Numbered from the stretch's first letter, positions 1 to 9,115 are shown. The stretch: DNA of 16,937 bases from Octopus sinensis (GCF_006345805.1 NW_021825028.1:1-16937), one strand, 5' to 3'. Numbers and translations: made by a program. Notes: a model not told the origin generated them from the sequence alone.

Positions 1-90
1 GAAAATGCGCACAAACAAAAGAAAGTGGCACTCAACATATTTGGTAAAAGTTACACATATTTTTTTTTTAATAACAGTTTGACTCAGCAT

Positions 91-144
91 CAGCTGACTT
101 AGAGTTTCGTGGGTGCGTAGGACGCGTCCATCTTATCAGAAATC
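91..144 (-). ncRNA. Degenerate type I hammerhead ribozyme motif
   Basis: The minus strand reads CTGATAA (139-133; G8 changed to A), an imperfect stem II G(A)TGGACGCGT-CCT-ACGCACCCAC, GAAAC, stem III ACT-CTA-AGT and a GTC triplet (98-96). Stem I is poorly paired. Confidence 0.45.
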
Positions 145-157
145 GGGGGAAGCGTCA

Positions 158-300
158 TATATGTATATGTGTATGTATGTATGTGTGTGGTGTGTGCGCG
201 TGTGCGTGTTGTGTTTGTGTGCGTGTGCGCGTGCGTGCGCGTGTGCCTGCGTGTATGTATGTATGTATGTATGTATGTAAGTATGTATATATATGTATAT
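158..300. repeat. Compound microsatellite (TA/TATG/TG/CG)
   Basis: Directly visible di- and tetranucleotide runs. Confidence 0.95.
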
Positions 301-407
301 ATGTTAGAATATTAATTTCGCGATACTCGTGCTAACTCAGCTGAAAATGAGCAACACCCTGTCATATTCACTGGCGTGTGACATCGACGCGCGCGCGCGT
401 ACGTGGA

Positions 408-428
408 GATATATATTATATAAATATA

Positions 429-467
<39 letters not shown>

Positions 468-820
468 GTATACATATAATATAGATTTATAAATATATAA
501 TATATGTATGTATATGTATATATTATAATTATATATATATATATACATACATACTTACATATATGTGCGTATGTATATATATATATGTATGATGTATATT
601 ATATATATATATACATACATACATATATACATATATATATGTATATATTATAATACATTTATTATATATATAATACATTTATAATATATATATTATATAT
701 ATATATAATACATGTATATATCTATACATATGATATATATATATATTATATATATATATATATATTTTTTATTAATATATAATATATAATATTTATATAT
801 ATATATATATATATATATAG
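408..820. repeat. Long degenerate (TA)n tract
   Basis: About 410 bp almost entirely of TA/TATG/TACA units. Confidence 0.95.
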
Positions 821-985
821 TAGGGGAAGATTTCACAAAAAAAAAAGAAGACATTGGTTGTAGACAACAAGAAACATGTATTAGTATAACGCTCGGAAGT
901 GAAAAAGTCTTTAAAGTTTCGATCCTACGCTCTCCACAGAAGGAAACGACAGAAAAGAAAACAAGGAGAGAAAATAAAGAATGTG
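820..985 (-). mobile_element. Short Penelope-like/retrozyme-like element, copy 1 (decayed hammerhead at 905-945)
   Basis: Direct repeat of 1449-1646, offset 641 bp, roughly 80% similar by eye. The minus strand has CTGTGGA-GAGC-GTAG-GATC-GAAAC-TTT-AAAGA. Its 3' end abuts (TA)n. Confidence 0.6.
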
Positions 986-1092
986 TAGTGGCAGCATTGA
1001 GGATGAATGAAGCCAGCTCAACCCATCCCGGGTGAATGCTGCCTCAAGCAAGCAAGCAATCTATAATGGCGAATATATAGTTATTTCTGTAT

Positions 1093-1357
1093 CTCAGAAG
1101 GTTCGGCCTCCAGCCAGGCCTTCCGCGATACCCTTAAAGTCAGGAACTTTTCGAAAAGCGCCCGGGTCTAAGGGTATCGTGGAAGGTTTGGCTGGAGGCG
1201 TAATATTCCGAGTTCTTGTACGGGGGTTAGAAAAACTGAAGGACCGCTGCAATAAGTGTGTGAGTCTGAGAAGGGAATATGTTGAATAGAATCATAACTG
1301 ACTGATCCTCCTGTATCTTCTTTTAACGAAAAACAAGAACATTTAAGCACCAACTCG
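1093..1357 (+). mobile_element. Mariner-derived MITE (1153-1357) with an inverted partial copy fused at its 5' end (1093-1152)
   Basis: Homologous to 5364-5580. Encodes the mariner C-terminal remnant GLEKLKDRCNKCVSLRREYVE*. The right TIR ends ...CAACTCG followed by TA. Confidence 0.75.
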
Positions 1358-1418
1358 TATATGTGTATAATAGACATATACACACACACGCACCCTACCT
1401 ACACACGTATACATACAC

Positions 1419-1448
<30 letters not shown>

Positions 1449-1449
<1 letters not shown>

Positions 1450-1646
1450 GTGAGAATTTACGAAAAAAACAAAAACAAAACAAAACACAAAGACGGGTGT
1501 GTAAACAAGAAACAGATGTATTACTTTAACGCTCGGGAAGTGAGAAAGTATTTTACGTTTCGAGCCTACACTCTTCGACAGAAAGAAACACACAAATAAA
1601 CAGGGAGAGGAAATAAAAAAAGGTTTAGTGGTTAGCGATCTATCAT
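1449..1646 (-). mobile_element. Short Penelope-like/retrozyme-like element, copy 2
   Basis: Direct repeat of 820-985. Contains a hammerhead-like fold at 1549-1586 and is flanked by (TA)n on both sides. Confidence 0.6.
1549..1586 (-). ncRNA. Minimal type I hammerhead-like motif (variant core CUGUCGA)
   Basis: The minus strand reads TCTTT CTGTCGA A GAGT-GTAG-GCTC GAAAC GTA AAATA. Stem II has 4 bp, stem III is the palindrome ACGT, the cleavage triplet is GUA, and stem I pairs at 4 of 5 positions. Confidence 0.55.
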
Positions 1647-1807
1647 ATATATATATATATGTGTGAAAAAGGTAATATTTATCTGAAATTCAAAGTGGAT
1701 GTTCACTTAGCACTCAGAATATTGCGTTAGTTACTATGAGAGGTTTTCTCGTAGTAAATAATGCAGTATTATATGTTCTAACACAAAATTCCCTTTTAAG
1801 TGCGAAT

Positions 1808-1840
<33 letters not shown>

Positions 1841-2157
1841 CAGGGTGGAACGCGTAAATTGTCGCTATTTATATTTTTAATTTCTCGCGTGCGCATTCTT
1901 TGATTTTGATTTTATCGACTACACATAGTAGGATCAGTTGGGCACCGTTTATGAAAAAAACAGCACCATGACGCAATTTGGAATTTGGAAACGACATGCT
2001 GCCTGGTATTCGCGTCGGAAGCTCCAATACAGAGATGTTGGTCACCTAGAACAACCGTTGACTTGTCACTTGTCATGTCCCCAAAGCATGTACCGAAGAG
2101 TGATAAAAATCAAACATCCAGTCAATTTCCAGTCAACAATATATTCACCGCACTCTG
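1841..2157 (+). mobile_element. Internally deleted Tc1/mariner-superfamily element (possibly maT/DD37D-like)
   Basis: TA on both sides. Degenerate TIRs CAGGGTG.../CAGAGTG... match 15 of 24. Peptide remnants MTQF..IWKRHA and RVIKIKHPVN resemble the K-H-P motif preceding the MVWG block of IS630-Tc1-mariner transposases. Confidence 0.55.
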
Positions 2158-2310
2158 TATATACATATACTATACTCAACGGTCGTCTGTAAGTTTCCCT
2201 TCTATCAAATCCCCAGGACTTATTATTTATCCTGTCGGGGCTGCTATCCCCATAGCCTTCATCAAACGTATGGCTGAAACATATAGAAGATTAAAAGAAT
2301 ATATATATAT

Positions 2311-2472
2311 ACATTACAGACTTTCTGTTTCCGTCTATCAAATCTATTCACAAGGCTTTGGTCGGCCCGAGGATATAGTATAATACTCTTACCCAAGGTG
2401 CCGTATAGTGGGACTGAATCCGGAACCATGCGCTTGGGAAGCAATCTTCTTACTACACAACCACGCCTGCAC

Positions 2473-2475
<3 letters not shown>
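2311..2475 (-). mobile_element. tRNA-derived SINE, family A head
   Basis: Homologous to 5856-6003, 6400-6565 and 7290-7422. tRNA-like A/B-box region followed by GCACCTTGGGTAAG...GGGCCGACCAAAGCCTTGTG. Confidence 0.85.
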
Positions 2476-2512
<37 letters not shown>

Positions 2513-2533
2513 ACACACACACATATATATATA

Positions 2534-4040
2534 AACTGAACCATAAAAGAAACGTCACAGACATACTAAATAGAAAGGGGTTTGTTAACAAACTGCCGTA
2601 GCATTGATTGAAGAGTGATAATAAAGAAACCGTTATTTTCTAATGATAAAACGTCATTTCCTGAAACATGTTTGACGTCACATGGTGTCAACTGGTGCAG
2701 AGTTTCCGGGATCTAATGAGATGAACTCAATATCTCGTGTGACCACCGATAGCGTTGATTACCGCCTAGGCATCTTCTGTACATTAAATGCACCAAACGC
2801 TAGATGAAGGCCATGGGGATAGCAGCCCACACTCTGTTAAAACATGCAGTGGTTGTTGGTCTTGGACGGATGTCATTTAGCCTTCTTTGGGTTTCGTCCC
2901 ACAGGTACTCTATGGGGTTCAAGTCCGGACTTAGGGCAGGCCATGGCAGTGTCTAGATGTTGTACTGTTGAAGGAAGTCTGTTGTCAACCTGGCAGTATG
3001 GGCACAGGCGTTGTCGTGTTGGAACACGCGATTCCAGTGACACAATGTGAGGCCTCAACACTTGATCGATGTAGCGAGCAGCGGTCACTTCATTGCCCCG
3101 TCCTTAGCTGATGTTTTGGAAGACCACTGGTCCACGTTTCTGGTTGAGTGTAATCCCGCCCCATGCCATGATGCTCTGCCCTCCCTATGAGTCGCTCCCC
3201 ATCACATAGCCATCAGCATGACGTTCACCCGTTCTTCTCCAAACCCCAGCTCGACCATCTGTCACAGAAATGCAATATCGACTTTCGTCAAAGAAGACTA
3301 CGGTCCTCCATTGCTGATATCGCAATTTCTGACGGTTTTTAACCCACTGCAGACCTGTCCGTCGACGACGATCTGTGAGGATGGGGGCCTCTAGAAAGAC
3401 GTCGACAAGACATTGAAAGATCTGAGCCGGCAGCGAACTTCCTCTGCACAAATGGGTCTGCGGTGATTCTTTATGGCCTGCCTAGCTGATTCCGTTTCCT
3501 CCGGAATTGGTCCTGCAAGTGCTGTCGGTGCAGGTGGGGATCTTGACGTGCCGTGTTGTAACCCTCGGTCGGCCACTGCATGGACGATCATCCGTGATGT
3601 GTGTGGCATTGTATCGTCCCCTCAGCCGCTCAATTGTCCGAATACTGCAGTTGAAGTCATTAGCAATGATTCATAGACATTGACCAGCTTGGAGACGTCC
3701 GATGGCTTGCTGCCTCTGATTTCGTGTTAGTATTGGCATGCTTCAGGAGACGAATGACAGGCTGGTAAATTTGGATGCCCTTTATACCCAATGCACATCA
3801 ACATTTTGCACATGCATCATGCTTTTCGTAAAGATACGTTCGTTAGCATAACCATGTTCACGAAACGTGAACGAGTTCGAACCCTACATGCAATCCTTGT
3901 GTTTTCTCGAAGAAAGTGGTATTGTAGCTCATATTCCTGACGTTAAATAACCTAGAAACGTGATAAAAGCCATATAATCACAATATTGTGTGAGAAACAA
4001 ATAATATTTTACAGTACGACGTTTCTTTTGTAGTTCAGTA
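2534..4040 (-). mobile_element. Full-length decayed Tc1-family DNA transposon (1507 bp)
   Basis: 23-bp TIRs AACTGAACCATAAAAGAAACGTC (2534-2556) and the reverse complement TACTGAACTACAAAAGAAACGTC (4018-4040), matching 20 of 23. TA dinucleotides at 2532-2533 and 4041-4042. Internal transposase pseudogene. Confidence 0.92.
2727..3739 (-). pseudogene. Tc1 transposase pseudogene (DD34E)
   Basis: Starts MPILTRNQRQQAIGRL; HTH-region SGRPRVTT; WRTVVFFDES (D about 3288); FQHDNA (D 3013-3015); WPALSPDLNPIE (E 2908-2910, 34 residues between D and E); ends GGHTRY*. At least 5 in-frame stops and several frameshifts. Confidence 0.93.
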
Positions 4041-4088
4041 TACATATATATATATATATAATAATAATATATATATATATATATATGT

Positions 4089-4128
<40 letters not shown>

Positions 4129-4143
4129 TGTGTGTGTGTGTGT
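4041..4143. repeat. (TA)n-(TG)n microsatellite
   Basis: Directly visible. Confidence 0.95.
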
Positions 4144-4430
4144 AAAATACAAAAATGGGACAAGAACGCAAAACATCTAGACAGTTAAGTGAAAGAAAAA
4201 AGGGAAAACAAAATATCCAGACAGACGATACAAGGAAAACAGGGACAGATCATTCGGAGTTTTCTTTCCTCAGTCGAATTCCAGATTATCTTTGCAATTT
4301 CGGCAGGTTATACTCGAGATTGCTCCAATCTGGCCAGCCCCAAGGAAAAATAAGCTAAGAGCATTACATTCCTTGAAAGAAAGCAGCGAATGTATACGAA
4401 AACAAGGATGGAAAGAAAAAACAAATGTTA
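4144..4430 (-). mobile_element. Unclassified interspersed repeat, possibly a Penelope-like terminal fragment
   Basis: Internal sub-repeats (AAAACATCTAGACAG/AAAATATCCAGACAG; GAAAACAGGGAC/GAAAACAAGGAT). Abuts a microsatellite. Weak hammerhead-like motif at 4244-4273. Confidence 0.3.
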
Positions 4431-5012
4431 CACAAATACAAATAAATATATATATATACTCATACACACACACATACGTATAAAACATGTAAAGGCATGA
4501 CGCTGTGGTTTTTGTGTTGGAGAAAATCCCTTCAATGACATGTAGTATTAAAACACAATACATATCGGAATGAGACAAATCCCGTCCCACAGGTCAATGA
4601 CATGTAGCCGCTAGTCACAATCCTTCAAGAGGTCTCTCCTTACCAATGTATACAAATACACGTACACGTTTATATTTACTTTTAAGATAGTGTAAACAGC
4701 ATATCCTTGTAGAAGAACAAGTTGCTCGTTATTCTTATTAACAACTGTCAAGTAGTATGACTCTTTCCATTTGTTCGTTGCATCATTTTAATCTCAAATT
4801 AATGCTTATATTATTCAGGGTGCGGCAAAATACTCTTCCCACATTCACAAGTCTTTATAAGCACTTTAGCCACAAATGGGTAGTGTGCAACAGTACAAAC
4901 CACGACGATAAATATATAAATAAACGAGTGGACATTAAGTGCACGGAAGCACCAATACCATTTGTGTAACTTCGGTAGCACCACACCAATGGTTGTGTAA
5001 AATTGTGTAAAA

Positions 5013-5243
5013 GGCGGCGAGCTGGCAGAAACGTTAGCACGCCGGGCGAAATGCATAGCGGTATTTCGTCTGCCGTTATGTTGTGAGTTCAAATTCCGCC
5101 GAGGTCGACTTTGCCTTTCATCCTTTCGGGGTCGATAAATTAAGTATCAGTTACGCACTGGGGTCGATGTAATCGACTTAATACCTATGTCTGTCCTTGC
5201 TTGTCCCCTCTGTGTTTAGCCCTTTGTGGGTAATAAAGAAATA
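5013..5243 (+). mobile_element. tRNA-derived SINE, family B (Nin/Deu-like central domain), full length with TSD
   Basis: Head GGCGGCGAGCTGGCAGAA, B-box-like GAGTTCAAATTCC, central GCCTTTCATCCTTTCGGGGTCGATAAATTAAGTA. TSD TTGTGTAAAA at 5003-5012 and 5246-5255. Five further copies in the window. Confidence 0.88.
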
Positions 5244-5363
5244 GGTTGTGTAAAATATTCGCTATATTTCTGCCGTATTCTGTAATCCTAATTCCATTGT
5301 TAGCTCAATTAGTAATTAAAGATTATACTTAGCATCAATATATACAGTGAGTGAGTGTGTGTA

Positions 5364-5580
5364 CGAGGGAGCGCTGGGAAGTTCTTGGTTTGAAGGGTGT
5401 CGCGAAAGGCCTGGCTGGAGGTCTAGTCTTCCGAGATCTTTTACAAGGCTTAAAAAACTGAAAGGACCATTGCAATAAATGTGTGAATCTGAGAGGGGAA
5501 TGTGTTGAATAAAATCATAATTAACTGATCCTCCTGTATTATCTTTTACCCAAAGCCAGGAACTTTTCAGCAGCCCCTCG
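5364..5580 (+). mobile_element. Mariner-derived MITE (217 bp)
   Basis: TIRs CGAGGGAGCGCTGGGAAGTTCTTGG and reverse complement CGAGGGGCTGCTGAAAAGTTCCTGG. TA on the left, AA on the right. Homologous to 1153-1357. Confidence 0.8.
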
Positions 5581-5583
5581 AAT

Positions 5584-5770
5584 AGCTGTGGCTATCTTGG
5601 AATACCGCCAGGGTAATCACCTTTTCAATGGCCATTCTTATGCGATTGGCTTTTGATGAAGGAGGGAGTTCGATACTGTTGTCCTGTTTTGAGTTTCCTG
5701 CCTTGATGAAGGTTCATCTGAGACCTTGGCTAGCCGGAGGTCAAGTTGTTTCTGGAAATCTTTCATACCT
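5584..5770 (-). mobile_element. 3' end of a CR1/L2-group LINE
   Basis: The minus frame reads MKDFQKQLDLRLAKVSDEPSSRQETQNRTTVSNSLLHQKPIA*, matching the F-K-x-x-L-D...D-E-P...S-N-S-L pattern of LINE ORF2 C-termini. It is followed by a short 3' UTR ending GGCGGTATTCCAAGATAGCCACAGCT. Confidence 0.55.
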
Positions 5771-5776
5771 CTCTCA

Positions 5777-5831
<55 letters not shown>

Positions 5832-5855
5832 CCTGTCTCTCTCACTCTCACATAC
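5771..5855. repeat. (CT)n microsatellite
   Basis: Directly visible. Confidence 0.9.
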
Positions 5856-6003
5856 TTTCTCTCAGTTTCCGTCTACCAAATCCACTCACAAAGCTTTGGT
5901 CGGCCCGAGGCTATAGTGGAAGACACTTGCCCAAGGGGTCACGTAGTGGGACTGAACCCAGAACCATGTGGTTGGTAAGCAAGCTACTTACCACATAGCC
6001 ACA
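5856..6003 (-). mobile_element. tRNA-derived SINE, family A head
   Basis: Homologous to 2311-2475. Confidence 0.85.
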
Positions 6004-6009
6004 TATATA

Positions 6010-6336
6010 TATTCTTTTATTTTTCCTACTTGTTTCAGTCATTTGACGATGGTCATGCTGGAGCACCGCCTTAAAGGTTTTAGTCGAGCAAATCCACCCT
6101 AGGACTTATTCTTTGTAAGCCTGACACTAATTCCATCGGTTTCTTTTTGCCGAACCGCTAAGTTACGGGGACGTAAACACACCAACATCGCTTTTCAAGT
6201 GATGGCTGTGGGACAAACACAGACATACACGCGCGTACACACGCACACACATCACAGTAGTGCAGAATAAAGCCAAAACAATTATGCTAATAAATGCTTC
6301 TAGGTTACACTCCATCTTCTGTATTAATCTTTTAAA

Positions 6337-6397
<61 letters not shown>

Positions 6398-6565
6398 ACA
6401 GTCTTTCAGTTTAACTGAACCAGATCAACTAGCAAGTGTTTGGTCGGACCGAGGCTATCGTAGAAAATATTAGGATACTAACCTAAGATGCCACGCAATA
6501 GGACTGAACCCGGTGTCATGTGGTTATGAAGCAAGCTTCTTGCTGCACAGCCACACCCACGCCTA
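6010..6565 (-). mobile_element. SINE family A, apparently full length (head 6565-6400, internal microsatellite region, 3' part 6235-6010)
   Basis: Same head-microsatellite-tail order as 7080-7422. The tail ends GGCGGTGCTCCAGCATG...CTGAAACAAGTAGGAAAAATAAAAGAAT. Confidence 0.75.
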
Positions 6566-6764
6566 CATGCTTATGTAAAAGCAGGAACGATATGTTAAGG
6601 TTCAGTGAAGAGCACAAAATAAGAGCGTACAACAGTTACGCAGCCGTGTGTAGGTGTTAACAGTCAGAGTGTGTCAGTTTTGTTTGTGAGTCACTGCCAC
6701 TGATTAAGTGATACCTTTTAATATGTGATCTTCTTCGTACATATATAGAGCAAGTATACTTTAC

Positions 6765-6860
6765 GCGGGTTAAGAAGTACATTTTGCTAACCCGTGACTC
6801 AAGGTTCGATCCTACTTAACGGCAATTGTCAGATGTCTTTCATCGTAGAATTGGAAAGCC
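6765..6860 (+). mobile_element. Highly degenerate SINE family A head
   Basis: GGTTAAGAAG...GGTTCGATCCTACT...GGCA...GATGTCTT...AAAGCC aligns loosely with the family A head. Confidence 0.4.
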
Positions 6861-6949
6861 CACACACCACACAACAGTACGTTTATAAAGTAAAAATTCG
6901 TTGAGAGACGTAAACTAAGCCAAAACTTGTCATATACGCACGCGCCCGT

Positions 6950-7007
6950 GTGTATATAGTGTATATATATATATATATATATATCTATATATTATACTTA
7001 TATATAT

Positions 7008-7050
<43 letters not shown>
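6950..7050. repeat. (TA)n microsatellite
   Basis: Directly visible. Confidence 0.95.
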
Positions 7051-7051
<1 letters not shown>

Positions 7052-7079
7052 GTGTTTTATAAACGTCTTTAAACGGTTT

Positions 7080-7422
7080 CAATCGAAGAAATCGACCCCA
7101 GGACTTATTCTTTATAAGATGAGTACTTATTCTGTCGGTTTCTTTTGCCTAACCGCTAAGTTACAAGGACTTAAAAACACATCAACATCGCCTGTCAAGC
7201 CATAGTGGACAAATACTGATACAAATACTGATACCCACACACATAAATATACATACATATATATATAAATGATGGTCTTATATACGATATCCACTTACAA
7301 CGCTTTGGTCGGCCCGTGGCTATATTAGAAGACACTTTCCCAATTTGTCACGCAATGGGACTGAACTCGGAACCATGTGGATGCGAAGCAACCATCTTAT
7401 CACACAGCCACGCTTGTGCCTA
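7080..7422 (-). mobile_element. SINE family A (head plus partial 3' part)
   Basis: 7290-7422 matches the family A head. 7080-7205 matches 6085-6205 (ATCGACCCCAGGACTTATTCTTT...CCGCTAAGTTAC). Confidence 0.8.
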
Positions 7423-7443
7423 TATATATATATATATATATAT

Positions 7444-7539
7444 ATTTATTATATAGAAGGAGCTTCTACAGGACTTCCTGAAGATTTCTCTTGAATGAAA
7501 CAGTTCTAGTCCTGTAGAAGCTCCTTCTATATAATAAAT
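7444..7539. repeat. Perfect 32-bp inverted repeat with 32-nt spacer
   Basis: ATTTATTATATAGAAGGAGCTTCTACAGGACT (7444-7475) is the exact reverse complement of 7508-7539. Confidence 0.97.
7474..7520 (+). ncRNA. Type I hammerhead ribozyme
   Basis: Stem I CTTC(7474-7477)/GAAG(7517-7520); core CTGAAGA (7478-7484); stem II T-TTC-TCTT-GAA-T; GAAA (7497-7500); stem III ACAG/CTGT with loop TTCTAGTC; cleavage triplet GUA (7514-7516). Confidence 0.75.
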
Positions 7540-7605
7540 TAATTTTACTCTGCTATGTATTGAGTACCTTAGTTACTGTGGTTAACCCCGAATCAACCCG
7601 GGACC

Positions 7606-7639
<34 letters not shown>

Positions 7640-7711
7640 CCAGCTTGGTCACGGCTCTCGAGCTGAAACTTATAAACACGCACACACACACGTGTGTGTG
7701 TGGTGTGTGTG

Positions 7712-7839
7712 TATTCTGTTCTACTCTAGGGACAAGTCCCGAAATTTTAGATCGACCCAGTACGCAACTGGTACTTAATTTATCGACCCCGAAAGGATGA
7801 AAGGCAAAGTCGACCTCGGCGGAATTTGAACTCAGAACA
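7712..7839 (-). mobile_element. SINE family B, 5'-truncated
   Basis: Reverse complement of GAGTTCAAATTCCGCCGAGGTCGACTTTGCCTTTCATCCTTTCGGGGTCGATAAATTAAGTACCAG. Confidence 0.85.
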
Positions 7840-7907
7840 TATTTATTATATATATATTGTACACCCACACATCCGCCTGATTCAGTAGAGCCAGCTAGTA
7901 ATAATCA

Positions 7908-7908
<1 letters not shown>

Positions 7909-7981
<73 letters not shown>

Positions 7982-7982
7982 C

Positions 7983-8024
<42 letters not shown>

Positions 8025-8063
8025 AATGTACTGATATATATGTCTATGTATGAATGCCTCCGT

Positions 8064-8108
<45 letters not shown>
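7909..8108. repeat. (TATC)n (7909-8024) and (TG)n (8065-8108) microsatellites
   Basis: Directly visible. Confidence 0.95.
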
Positions 8109-8109
<1 letters not shown>

Positions 8110-8458
8110 ACAAACTATATTCTACATAAGACGGGGAGCCGTAGAGCGATGTGACGAGCAAGTCTGCTACTAGACTGCTGAACTAGCAGACTGGCAGACT
8201 AGCAGACTACTACAAGTAAGTCTGGTGTGGTACCATTGCGAAAGCTGTTAAGTTGAGAGGAAGGAAGGTGGGACGTCCCCACCGTACCGTGACGGCCTAC
8301 TGGCGGTGGTGTTAACGCCGATGTTAATGGCAGGCTAATGATGGTGAAGATGGGGTTGATGGCGTTTGCCGTGGTGGTGGTGGTGGTGGTGGTGATGTTC
8401 TGTATGCTGGTATGATGAAGATGGAGTTTTGTTGTTTGCTTTTTACGTAGCGGCGATG

Positions 8459-9115
8459 GTAGTGGCGGTGCTGGGCTTTCCGTACAACAATTACACGAAG
8501 GCGAGGGCGGCGGTGGTTTTAATATTACCGAAGTGTTGGTAGTGATGGTGGTGGTGTTGACGGCGAATGTGGCGGTATGCTGATGTTGACGATGGTGGGG
8601 AAGATGCTGATGGGGTTGGAAGTGGTGGTGCTGCTGATGGTGGTGGTGCCGTTAATTTTTTTGGCACACTGATGCTAATGGTGGTAATAACGGCAAATGT
8701 GGCCGTACGCCGATGGTATTGATGGTAGTGGTGGTGACAATAGTTGTGGTGATGGTGATGGTAGTGGCGGTGCTGGGCTTTCCGTACAACAATTACACGA
8801 AGGTGAGGGCGCGGTGGTTTTTTAATATTGCCGCAGTGTTGGTAGTGATGGTGGTGGTGTTGACGGCGAATGTGGCCGTACGCCGATGGTATTGATGGTA
8901 GTGGTGGTGACAATAGTTGTGGTGATGGTGATGGTAGTGGCGGTGCTGGGCTTTCCGTACAACAATTACACGAAGGTGAGGGCGGCGGTGGTTTTAATAT
9001 TGCCGAAGTGTTGGTAGTGATGGTGATGGTGTTGACGGCGAATGTGGCCGTACGCCGATGGTATTGATGGTAGTGGTGGTGACAATAGTTGTGGTGATGG
9101 TGATGGTGGCGGTGG
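8459..9115. repeat. GGT/GAT-rich minisatellite, about 173-bp unit, three copies plus a diverged partial
   Basis: The anchor CTGGGCTTTCCGTACAACAATTACACGAAGG occurs at 8471, 8773 and 8946. The last two copies are nearly identical. Confidence 0.9.

Noticed and set aside
1032-1289. 85-aa ORF
   Set aside because: A chimera of a repeat insert, the palindrome and the mariner C-terminal remnant.
1731-1757. 11-bp hairpin TTACTATGAGA/TCTCGTAGTAA
   Set aside because: Isolated, AT-rich, with no ribozyme or transposon context. It cannot be distinguished from chance or a tiny relic.
4815-4835. CAGGGTGCGGCAAAA resembling a Tc1/mariner TIR start
   Set aside because: Not preceded by TA, and no partner TIR was identified.
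8150-8212. AGCAGACT tandem and inverted octamers
   Set aside because: Short local slippage repeats without regular unique spacers. Not CRISPR-like, and the context is eukaryotic.
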